Shown: in pieces, positions 9,261 to 17,169 of the stretch
Numbering within the stretch: position 1 is the first letter of the stretch
Layout: every line of letters starts with the position of its first letter
Assembly: GCF_001457615.1 (NCBI RefSeq)
Contig: NZ_LN831024.1
Coordinates: 780,001-812,000 of the forward strand
Reading direction: 5' to 3'
Source of the DNA: Pseudomonas aeruginosa
GTDB lineage: Bacteria; Pseudomonadota; Gammaproteobacteria; Pseudomonadales; Pseudomonadaceae
Length of the DNA stretch: 32,000 nt
Translations under genes and position numbers: made by a program
The notes under the pieces: generated by a model
Database searches by the model: none
Told to the model about the DNA's origin: nothing
The model's input: only the letters and a program-made list of their open reading frames with translations

Positions 9261-10127
9261 TCAGGCCTCGAGGTTCTCGACCCGCTCGAGGATGTCGTAG
9301 AGGCTGTAGCGCTCCTGTTCGTCGCGTCGCACCCGGCCCATGGCGACGCACGGATCATGGGTGAAGACCAGTCGGCCGTTGCGGGCGATGAGGCTGTCCA
9401 GCAGGCGTTCCTTTTCCTCGATCAGGCCTTCCGGGAAGCGGTCGTAGCCCATGGTCACCGGTAGGTGTACCCAGGGTGCGCCGGGGATCAGGTCGCCGCT
9501 GAATACCACCGGGCCGTCGGGCATGGCGATCTCCGGGAGCATCTGGCCCGGGGTATGGCCTTCGCTGAAATGGAAACGCCAGCCCTCGCCCAGATGCGCC
9601 GAGCGCTCGCCGTCGTCGAGCAGCTCCAGGCGTCCGCTGGCCTGCAGCAGGTCGAGCAGTTCCGGCACGAACGAGGCTCGGTCGCGCGGGTGCGGCTGGC
9701 GCGCGCGCTGCCAGTGGCGGCGGCCGCTGACGAAATGCGCGTTGGGGAACAGCAGGCGCGCCGGCTGGCCTTCTTCCCAGGCGGCGAGCAGGCCGCCGGC
9801 GTGGTCGAAGTGCAGGTGGGTGAGCAGCACCACGTCGATGTCGGCGTCGTCCAGGCCGACCGCGGCGAGGCTGTCGAGCAGTACGTGGCGCTCTTCCTGG
9901 ACGCCGTAGCGCTGGCGCAGGGCGGGCGGGAAGAACGCGCCGATGCCGGTCTCCACCAGTACGTTGCGCTCGCCGTCGCGCACCAGCAGGGCACGGCAGC
10001 CGAGGTCGATGCGGTTCTCCGCATCGGGCTGCATCCAGCGTGACCAGAGCGCGCGCGGGGCATTGCCGAACATGGCGCCGCCGTCGAGTTTCTGGCTGTT
10101 GCCGAGGAGGGTGGTGAGGGTTCGCAT
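9261..10127 (-). CDS. MBL-fold metallo-hydrolase, 288 aa
   Basis: HxHxDH zinc motif in [20 protein letters not shown] lies 6 nt before the ATG. The gene is isolated between a hairpin and a REP/terminator region. Confidence 0.85.
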   Translation of the reverse strand: MRTLTTLLGNSQKLDGGAMFGNAPRALWSRWMQPDAENRIDLGCRALLVRDGERNVLVETGIGAFFPPALRQRYGVQEERHVLLDSLAAVGLDDADIDVVLLTHLHFDHAGGLLAAWEEGQPARLLFPNAHFVSGRRHWQRARQPHPRDRASFVPELLDLLQASGRLELLDDGERSAHLGEGWRFHFSEGHTPGQMLPEIAMPDGPVVFSGDLIPGAPWVHLPVTMGYDRFPEGLIEEKERLLDSLIARNGRLVFTHDPCVAMGRVRRDEQERYSLYDILERVENLEA

Positions 10128-10148
10128 GGATATGTCCTTGTTCCTGGT

Positions 10149-10242
10149 CTAGCGAATAACCGGCGGTTGCGTCGTTTTTCAAGAATGCCTGGCCGGCTTC
10201 CCGGGCGTCGTAGGGCGAATAACCGCTTCGCGGTTATCCGCC
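10149..10242. repeat. REP-like elements (one degenerate, one intact)
   Basis: The intact copy GTAGGGCGAATAACCGC-TTC-GCGGTTATCCGCC (10210-10242) matches the 4597 unit apart from a 1-nt longer loop. The degenerate copy is CTAGCGAATAACCGGCGGTTGCG, starting at 10149. Confidence 0.75.
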
Positions 10243-10287
10243 GTTATCGCGGGCTGTCGGCGGACAGCGCGTTGCATGCTGTCCCGG

Positions 10288-10315
10288 AAAAAACACGCGG
10301 CCCACGGGCCGCGCG
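10288..10315 (-). terminator. Rho-independent terminator of the acyl-CoA dehydrogenase gene
   Basis: The minus strand reads CGCGGCCC-GT-GGGCCGCG (7-8 bp GC stem), then GTG, then TTTTTT (10293-10288). It starts about 10 nt after the stop at 10325. Confidence 0.8.
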
Positions 10316-10324
10316 ACGGAAGCT

Positions 10325-12106
10325 TCAGAACTGTTCCGCCTCCAGGCCGTACAGGCTTTCGCTGCCGGCTTCGACGGCGGCGGCGAGGGAGTGCACGCGG
10401 GGCAGGATGCGGGCGAAGTAGAAGCGCGCGGTGGCCAGCTTGCCGTCGTGGAACGCCGGGTCGACCTCGCGCTGGCGCAGCGCGGCGGCGGCCATGCGCG
10501 CCCAGAGGTAGGCGTAGGCGGTATAGCCGAACAGATGCAGGTATTCCACCGAGGCTGCGCCGATCTCGCGCGGGTCGTTGCCGGCGCGGGCGACGATGCC
10601 CTGGGTGAGGTTGTCCAGCAGGTCCAGGGCGGTCAGCAGCGGGGTGACGAACTCCGCCAGTTCGGCGTTGGCGCCGGCGGCGAAGGCTCGCACCTCGCGG
10701 CTGAAGATGGAGAGGAACAGCCCGCCGTTGGCGACCACCTTGCGGCCCATCAGGTCGAGCGCCTGGATGCCGTTGGTGCCTTCGTAGATCTGCGCGATGC
10801 GTACGTCGCGCACCAGTTGCTCCTGGCCCCATTCGCGGATGTAGCCGTGGCCGCCGAACACCTGCTGGCCGAGCACGCAGCTCTCCAGGCCGGTATCGGT
10901 GAAGAAGGCCTTGGCCACCGGGGTCAACAGGGCCACCAGGGCTTCGGCCTGGCTGCGTTCTTCCTGGTCCTCGGCGTACTTGGCCAGGTCGAGCTGCTGC
11001 CCGACATAGGTGGAAAAGGCGCGGCCGCCCTCGGTCAGCGCCTTCATGGTGAGCAGCATGCGGCGCACGTCGGGGTGCACGATGATCGGGTCGGCGGCCT
11101 TGTCCCTGGCCACCGGGCCGGTCGGCGCGCGGCTTTGCAGGCGCTCGCGGGCGTAGGCGACGGCGCTCTGGTAGGACATCTCGGCGCAGCCGATGCCCTG
11201 GATGCCGATGGACAGGCGCTCGTAGTTCATCATGGTGAACATCGCCGCCAGGCCCTTGTTGACTTCGCCGACCAGCCAGCCGCTGGCGCCGTCGAAGTTC
11301 ATCACGCAGGTGGCCGAGGCCTTGATCCCCATCTTGTGCTCGATGGAGCCGCAGTGCACCGCGTTGCGTGCGCCGAGCGCGCCGTCGTCGCCGACCAGGA
11401 ACTTCGGCACCAGGAACAGCGAGATGCCGCGCGAACCGGCCGGCGCGTCGGGCAGCTTGGCCAGCACCAGGTGGATGATGTTCTCGGTGAGGTCCTGCTC
11501 GCCGCCGGTGATGAAGATCTTCGTCCCGCTGATCCTGTATGAACCGTCGGCCTGCGGCTCGGCCTTGGTGCGGATGATGCCCAGGTCGGTGCCGGCGTGC
11601 GGTTCGGTCAGGCACATGGAGCCGGCCCAGGTGCCGGCGTACATGTTCGGCAGGTACCTGTTCTTCAGCTCCTCGCTGCCGTGCGCATCGAGGGCCAGGC
11701 AGGCGCCGGCGGAAAGGGTCGAGTAGAGGCTGAAGCTGGCGTTGGCCGCGTACATCATCTCCTCGAACTGCACTGCCAGCATCTTCGGCATGCCCATGCC
11801 GCCATGGGCCGGATTGCCGGTGAGGCCGACCCAGCCGCCCTCGGCGTAGGTCGCGTAGGCCTCGCGGAAGCCGGCCGGGGTGCGCACGGCGCCGTCCTGC
11901 CACTGCGCGCCTTCTTCGTCGCCACTGCGGTTGAGCGGCGCGAGCAGGCCGCCGGTGACCTTGGCCGCTTCCTCGAGGATGGCGTCGGCGGTGTCGGCGT
12001 CGATCCGCTCGGCCAGTCGCGGCAGGCGCTGCCACAGGGCGGGGGCGTCGAACACGTCGTTGAGCAGGAAGCGCATGTCGCGCAGCGGGGCGTTGTATTC
12101 AGGCAT
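10325..12106 (-). CDS. Long-form acyl-CoA dehydrogenase, 593 aa
   Basis: ATG 12106 is preceded by GAGGTG. The 34-codon upstream extension in the track is rejected. The N-terminus MPEYNAPLRDMRFLLNDVF and the internal segment GGEQDLTENIIHLVLAK...GISLFLVPK are typical of large FadE-type ACADs. Confidence 0.85.
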   Translation of the reverse strand: MPEYNAPLRDMRFLLNDVFDAPALWQRLPRLAERIDADTADAILEEAAKVTGGLLAPLNRSGDEEGAQWQDGAVRTPAGFREAYATYAEGGWVGLTGNPAHGGMGMPKMLAVQFEEMMYAANASFSLYSTLSAGACLALDAHGSEELKNRYLPNMYAGTWAGSMCLTEPHAGTDLGIIRTKAEPQADGSYRISGTKIFITGGEQDLTENIIHLVLAKLPDAPAGSRGISLFLVPKFLVGDDGALGARNAVHCGSIEHKMGIKASATCVMNFDGASGWLVGEVNKGLAAMFTMMNYERLSIGIQGIGCAEMSYQSAVAYARERLQSRAPTGPVARDKAADPIIVHPDVRRMLLTMKALTEGGRAFSTYVGQQLDLAKYAEDQEERSQAEALVALLTPVAKAFFTDTGLESCVLGQQVFGGHGYIREWGQEQLVRDVRIAQIYEGTNGIQALDLMGRKVVANGGLFLSIFSREVRAFAAGANAELAEFVTPLLTALDLLDNLTQGIVARAGNDPREIGAASVEYLHLFGYTAYAYLWARMAAAALRQREVDPAFHDGKLATARFYFARILPRVHSLAAAVEAGSESLYGLEAEQF

Positions 12107-12223
12107 TGCACACCTCGTCGGTGAACGGCCGGCGGGACGGCCGCAGGTACAGGGTTGCCCGTGCGCATCCTGCCTACGGCCGCCGTGGCACGGCCGCTGC
12201 ACGGGCAATTCGGCTGGCGGCGC

Positions 12224-13846
12224 TCAGAGGGCGGCGGCCCACTCGCGCAGCACGTATTTCTGGATCTTGCCGGTGGAGGTCTTCGGCAGTTCCGAGAACA
12301 CCACGGTACGCGGAATCTTGAACGCGGCCAGGTGTTCGCGACAGAACGCGACGATCTCGCTCTCGGCGAGCCCCTGATGATCGCTCTTCAGGGTAATGAA
12401 CGCACAGGGCGTTTCCCCCCACTTTTCGTCGGGCCGCGCCACCACCGCCGCCTCCAGCACCGCCGGGTGGCGGTAGAGCACGCCCTCCAGTTCGATGGTG
12501 GAGATGTTTTCGCCGCCGGAGATGATGATGTCCTTGAGCCGGTCGCGGATCTCGATGTAGCCGTCCGGATGGCAGACCGCCAGGTCGCCGGTATGGAACC
12601 AGCCGCCGGCGAAGGCTTCCTCGGTGGCGCTGGGATTCTTCAGGTAGCCCTTCATCACGGTATTGCCGCGCATGAATATCTCGCCGATGGACTGGCCGTC
12701 GCGCGGCACCGGCTCGAGGGTCTTCGGGTCGGCCACCATCACCCCTTCGAGGGTCGGGTAGCGCACGCCCTGGCGCGACTTGATCGCGGCGCGTCGCTCC
12801 AGCGGCAGGTCGTCCCACTCGCCGTGCCAGGCGCAGACCGTGACCGGGCCGTAGACCTCGGTGAGGCCGTAGACATGGGTGACGCGGATGCCCATCTCTT
12901 CCACCGCGCCGATCACCTTGGCCGGTGGCGCGGCGCCGGCGACCATGGCATGCACCGGGTGGTCGATGGCGGCCTTGGCCGAGTCGGGCATGTTGATCAG
13001 GGCGTTGAGCACGATGGGCGCGCCGCACAGGTGGCTGACCTGGTGCTCGCGGATCAGGGTGAGGACCTTTTGCGGATCGACCCGCCGCAGGCAGACGTGG
13101 ACGCCGGCCAGCGCGGTCACCGTCCACGGATAGCACCAGCCGTTGCAGTGGAACATCGGCAGGGTCCAGAGGTACACCGGGTGCTGGCCCATGGACCAGG
13201 TCATCTGGTTGCCCAGCGCGTTCAGGTAGGCGCCGCGGTGATGGTAGACCACGCCCTTGGGGTTGCCGGTGGTGCCCGAGGTGTAGTTCAGCGAGATCGC
13301 CTGCCACTCGTCCCGGGGCCATTCCCAGGCGAACTGCGGGTCGCCCTCGGCGAGCAGCGCCTCGTAGTCCAGTTCGCCAACCGGGCGGCCTTCGCCATAC
13401 TCGGGGTCGTTGACGTCGACCACCAGCGGCGGGTGGTCGAGCATACCGATGGCGGCATGGATCACCTCGTGGAATTCGTAGTCGGTGATCAGCACCTTGG
13501 CTTCGCCGTGTTGCAGCATGAAGGCGATGGCTTCGGCGTCGAGGCGTACGTTGAGGGTGTTCAGCACCGCGCCGATCATCGGCACGCCATAGTGCGCCTC
13601 GAGCATCTCGGGGATGTTCGGCAGCATCACCGCCACCGTGTCGCTCTGGCCGATGCCGCGCCCGGCCAGGGCCGAGGCCAGGCGTCGGCAGCGTTGGTAG
13701 GTCTGCGCCCAGTCGCGGCGGATGTTGCCGTGGATCACCGCGGGGTAGTGCGGATAGACGCTGGCGGTGCGCTCGATGAAGCTCAGCGGCGTCAGGGCGA
13801 TGTGGTTGACGGCGGCGGGCGCGAGACCCTGTTCGAAGATCGACAT
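12224..13846 (-). CDS. AMP-forming short/medium-chain acyl-CoA synthetase, 540 aa
   Basis: AMP-binding signature YTSGTTGNPKGV. The N-terminus LTPLSFIERTASVYPHYPAVIHG resembles the plant AAE7/ACN1-type and bacterial medium-chain ligases. It lies 117 nt upstream of the ACAD gene on the same strand. Confidence 0.88.
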   Translation of the reverse strand: MSIFEQGLAPAAVNHIALTPLSFIERTASVYPHYPAVIHGNIRRDWAQTYQRCRRLASALAGRGIGQSDTVAVMLPNIPEMLEAHYGVPMIGAVLNTLNVRLDAEAIAFMLQHGEAKVLITDYEFHEVIHAAIGMLDHPPLVVDVNDPEYGEGRPVGELDYEALLAEGDPQFAWEWPRDEWQAISLNYTSGTTGNPKGVVYHHRGAYLNALGNQMTWSMGQHPVYLWTLPMFHCNGWCYPWTVTALAGVHVCLRRVDPQKVLTLIREHQVSHLCGAPIVLNALINMPDSAKAAIDHPVHAMVAGAAPPAKVIGAVEEMGIRVTHVYGLTEVYGPVTVCAWHGEWDDLPLERRAAIKSRQGVRYPTLEGVMVADPKTLEPVPRDGQSIGEIFMRGNTVMKGYLKNPSATEEAFAGGWFHTGDLAVCHPDGYIEIRDRLKDIIISGGENISTIELEGVLYRHPAVLEAAVVARPDEKWGETPCAFITLKSDHQGLAESEIVAFCREHLAAFKIPRTVVFSELPKTSTGKIQKYVLREWAAAL

Positions 13847-14091
13847 GAAGAGTACCCCGTGGCTGATTGTTAGCTCTGTTCTGGGTAAGGGTCAGGATCT
13901 GCCGCGCGCGGAGAGACTGCGTCGAAAACGGCTGGTTTCTCTGGCTCGGCAGATCGTGAACAGCTTCCAAGGACCAGGCGAAGCGCTCCTTGGGTTGGGG
14001 CGATTTATAGCAACGATGAAAAATATATGGAAGTTAAACCATAAGCTTATAGTATAAATACCATATAAGTTCCCAGGATCATCTTCCGCCC

Positions 14092-16368
14092 ATGAGTCCG
14101 CTTCCCGCTTCGCCTGCACTCAACAGCCTCCTGCGCCTGCTGCGCGAGGGCGCGCCGCTGGTCGAGCGGGTCGGTGCGCTGCGCCGCTTGCTGCTCGAAC
14201 ATCCGGGCACGCGCCAGGCCTGGTACCTGGCCTGGCAGCCGCAGGCGCAGACCTATACCCCGGTGCCGCCGTCGCCGGCGCTGCCGCCGGGCGCCGGCGA
14301 GCCGAACCGGGCCAGCGACCTGGCGTTGCGCGAGCGGCTGGTGCGCGACGGCCGGCTGGCTCTGGACGAATTGCGGCGTTCCGCCTCCTGGCTCGGCGCG
14401 CGCTTGCGGCGTGCCGGCGTGGAGCATGGCATGGCCTTCGCCCTCGACCTGCAGGCCGGCGACGAAGGCCTGCTGCTGGTGGCCAGCGATACGCCGCAGA
14501 GCGCTGCGCTGGACTGGCTCGGCCTGCTCCTCGCACCGTTGCTCGCCGCCGCCCGTGGCGTCACCCGCGCTGCGCCGTTCCTCGCGGCCGACCCGCAGCC
14601 GGCGCTGCTGCTCGACGGCGAGGCGCAGGCGGTGGAATTCAACCAGGCCTTCCTTGCCTTGCTTGGCGAGCGGCCGCGCGAGGCCTGGCGCGCTTACCTC
14701 CCGGCCAACCATGGGCAACTGGTGCGCGCCAGCCTGGGGCAGGCGCGGGCCCTCGGCGAGGTGGAGGCGGAGTGCGACGGGCGCATCCTGCTCTGGCAGT
14801 TCATTCCCGACAGCGCCGAGGCCCGGGTGCTGGCGCGCTGCCGCGACGCCACCGCCAGCCTGCGCGGCGAGCGCGAGGCGGCGCGGGCCAGCCGGCTGTA
14901 CCGGCTGATCACCGAGAACACCACCGACCTGATTTCCCGGCATACCCTCGACGGCATTTTCCTCGACGCCTCGCCGGCCTCCTGGACCCTGCTCGGCTAC
15001 TGGCCGGAGGAACTGCGCGGGCGTCCGGCGCAGGCGTTGTTCCACCCCCAGGACCGCGGCCAGGTGGCGCTGCGCGCGCGCGAAGCGCTGGAGCAGGACG
15101 GCTACCTGACCATCACCTACCGTATCCGCCACCGCGACGGCCGCTACCGCTGGTTCGAGACCGCCAGCCGGGCGATCCGCGAGACCTACACCGGGGCGGT
15201 GGTGGAGGTGGTCAGCGTGTCCCGCGATGTCACCCGGCGGGTCGAGGCGGAGGAGAACCGCCGGCGCCTGGCCGAAGTGGTCGAGGCGAACACCGACCTG
15301 GTGCTGTTCGTCGAGCATGGCGGCCGCGTCACCTACCTCAATCCTTCGGCACGTGCCGCCCTCGGCATCGCCGACGGGCAGGAGGCGCCGGCGCTGGAAC
15401 GCCTGCTGGCCGGCGACACTCCGGCGCGGCTGGCCGAAGAGGGTTGGCGACAGGCGCGCGATGGCGGCGTTTGGAGCCGCGAGGGGCGCCTGCAACCGCA
15501 GGACGGGCGTCCGTCGCTGCCAGTCTCGCTGGTGTTGCTGGCCCATCGCGGCCGCGGCGAGGAGCGCTATTACTCGCTGGTGGCCCGCGACATGACCGAA
15601 CGCGAACTGCGCGAGGCCCAGCAGCGCCGTCACCAGGACGAACTGGCGCACACTGCGCGGCTGGTCACTCTCGGCGAACTGGCCTCGGGCATCGCCCACG
15701 AGATCAACCAGCCGCTGGCGGCGGTGATGAACTACGCCAGCGCCAGCCAGCGTTACCTGGCCGTCCTCGGCAGCCAGCCCGAGGCCGCCGGGCGGGTGGC
15801 CGAGGGGCTGGCGCGGATCGGCGAGCACGCCGGCCACGCGGCGGAGGTGATCAAGCGCCTGCGCGCCTTCCTGCGCAAGGGCCAGCGGCGCCTGCAGGCG
15901 CTCGACCTCAACCAGGTGGCACGCGAGGCCATCGGCCTCTGCGCGTGGGAAGCCGGGCACTGGCAAGTGGCGGTGGAAGAGGCGATGACCGACAATCCGC
16001 CGCCGCTGTATGCCGACCGCGTGCTGCTCGAACAGGTGTTCCTCAATCTGCTGCGCAACGCCATCGAAGCCAACCGCGAGGCGCATCCCGGCTCGCCGTC
16101 GCGGGTCGTCATCGGTAGCCGCGTCGAGCCCGGCGGGCTGCTCTGCCTGTGGGTTCGCGACCAGGGACCGGGAGTGCCGGCGGATCAGCTGGAACACATT
16201 TTCACGCCGTTCCACACCAGCAAGCCGGAAGGGCTGGGCCTGGGCCTGTCGATGAGCCGCAGCATCGTCGAGGGCTTCGGCGGCACCCTCGAAGCCGAGC
16301 TGCCGGCGGATGGCGGGTTGCTCATGAACTGCCGGCTGCCGCTCGCCGCCGGCGCCACGGGAGGGTAA
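14092..16368 (+). CDS. bfiS: Cytoplasmic multi-PAS sensor histidine kinase, 758 aa
   Basis: H-box ELASGIAHEINQPLAAV. ATPase N/G boxes: LLRNAIEAN, RDQGPGV and GLGLGLSMSRSIV. PAS-like segments begin at LYRLITENTTDLISRH and LAEVVEANTDLVLFVE. No convincing transmembrane helix. The RBS before ATG 14092 is weak, so the start is less certain. Confidence 0.82.
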   Translation: MSPLPASPALNSLLRLLREGAPLVERVGALRRLLLEHPGTRQAWYLAWQPQAQTYTPVPPSPALPPGAGEPNRASDLALRERLVRDGRLALDELRRSASWLGARLRRAGVEHGMAFALDLQAGDEGLLLVASDTPQSAALDWLGLLLAPLLAAARGVTRAAPFLAADPQPALLLDGEAQAVEFNQAFLALLGERPREAWRAYLPANHGQLVRASLGQARALGEVEAECDGRILLWQFIPDSAEARVLARCRDATASLRGEREAARASRLYRLITENTTDLISRHTLDGIFLDASPASWTLLGYWPEELRGRPAQALFHPQDRGQVALRAREALEQDGYLTITYRIRHRDGRYRWFETASRAIRETYTGAVVEVVSVSRDVTRRVEAEENRRRLAEVVEANTDLVLFVEHGGRVTYLNPSARAALGIADGQEAPALERLLAGDTPARLAEEGWRQARDGGVWSREGRLQPQDGRPSLPVSLVLLAHRGRGEERYYSLVARDMTERELREAQQRRHQDELAHTARLVTLGELASGIAHEINQPLAAVMNYASASQRYLAVLGSQPEAAGRVAEGLARIGEHAGHAAEVIKRLRAFLRKGQRRLQALDLNQVAREAIGLCAWEAGHWQVAVEEAMTDNPPPLYADRVLLEQVFLNLLRNAIEANREAHPGSPSRVVIGSRVEPGGLLCLWVRDQGPGVPADQLEHIFTPFHTSKPEGLGLGLSMSRSIVEGFGGTLEAELPADGGLLMNCRLPLAAGATGG

Positions 16369-16370
16369 CG

Positions 16371-17015
16371 ATGGCTATGCCTGACGAAGCGCTGGTCTAC
16401 GTGGTCGACGACGACCAGGGCATGCTCGAATCGACGGTCTGGCTGCTGGAATCGGTCGGCCTCAAGGCACGGCCCTTCACCCAGGGCCGGGACTTCCTCG
16501 ATGCCTGCGAGGGCGGCCGCCATGCCTGCGTCCTGCTCGACGTGCGGATGCCCGGCATGGGCGGGCTGAACGTGCAGGACGAACTGCTGGCGCGCGGCAT
16601 CGACCTGCCGGTGATCTTCGTCAGCGGCCATGCCGACGTGCCCATCGTGGTGCGCGCCTTCAAGGCCGGTGCGGTGGATTTCATCGAGAAACCCTACAAC
16701 GAACAATTGCTGCTCGACAGCGTGCAGCAGGCCCTCGATCGCCACGCCCGTCGGCGCCGGCACCGCGATCTCGACGCCGGGTTGCGCGAACGCCTGGACA
16801 GCCTCACCCCGCGCGAGCGCGACGTGCTCTTGCCGCTGGTGCGCGGCTATACCAGCCGCGAGGTGGCCGAGCAACTGGAAGTCAGCGTGAAGACCGTCGA
16901 CCTCTACCGCGCGCGGGTGATGAAGCGCATGCAGGCCCAGACCCTGCCGGAGCTGGTGGGCATGGCCATCGCCGCCGGGCTGGTGGACCCGCTGCGCTTG
17001 CGCGAGGGCACCTGA
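16371..17015 (+). CDS. bfiR: NarL/FixJ-type response regulator (REC + LuxR HTH), 214 aa
   Basis: ATG 16371 lies 2 nt after the bfiS stop, preceded by GGGAGGG. REC domain: VYVVDDD ... LLDVRMPGMGG. LuxR HTH: LTPRERDVLLPLVRGYTSREVAEQLEVSVKTVDLYRARVMKRM. Confidence 0.88.
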   Translation: MAMPDEALVYVVDDDQGMLESTVWLLESVGLKARPFTQGRDFLDACEGGRHACVLLDVRMPGMGGLNVQDELLARGIDLPVIFVSGHADVPIVVRAFKAGAVDFIEKPYNEQLLLDSVQQALDRHARRRRHRDLDAGLRERLDSLTPRERDVLLPLVRGYTSREVAEQLEVSVKTVDLYRARVMKRMQAQTLPELVGMAIAAGLVDPLRLREGT

Positions 17016-17064
17016 GCGCGCGCGGGCCCTGGCGCAGGGCGGAAGTGGCATAGTTTGATATCTC

Positions 17065-17087
17065 ATATGGTTATATGAAAACCATAT
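17065..17087. promoter_or_regulatory. Perfect 8-bp inverted repeat in the AT-rich promoter of the ABC operon (candidate regulator site)
   Basis: ATATGGTT (17065-17072), 7-nt spacer, AACCATAT (17080-17087). Its centre lies about 30 bp upstream of the -10-like TATTAAT (17105-17111). Confidence 0.45.
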
Positions 17088-17169
17088 TTCACCGGATGTT
17101 TGGTTATTAATAGACTGCGGCCCACCCGGCGCCCGACGTCGAACCCCATTCCTCCGCGAGATACCCATC

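Noticed and set aside
10179-12035. 618-aa minus-strand alternate-frame ORF, and the 34-codon N-terminal extension (12107-12208) of the acyl-CoA dehydrogenase ORF
   Set aside because: The alternate frame is Arg/Pro/Gly-rich nonsense. The extension (MPVQRPCHGGRRQ...) has no RBS, whereas ATG 12106 follows GAGGTG and gives a typical ACAD N-terminus.
12155-13873. 572-aa plus-strand ORF, plus the 598-aa minus alternate-frame ORF (12174-13970), over the acyl-CoA synthetase gene
   Set aside because: Only the 12224-13846 minus frame contains the AMP-binding signature YTSGTTGNPKGV and a sensible RBS. The others are shadow frames.
14047-16215. 722-aa minus-strand ORF antisense to bfiS; also 14120-14536, 14253-14642 and the plus-frame ORFs 14174-14908 and 14772-16118
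   Set aside because: The composition is Arg/Ala/Gly/Pro-rich with no motifs. The plus-strand frame at 14092 carries H-box, N/G-box and PAS signatures.
17026-17040. GCCCTG-GCG-CAGGGC hairpin after bfiR as a terminator
   Set aside because: The stem is only 6 bp with a 3-nt loop and no adjacent U-tract. This is too weak to call.
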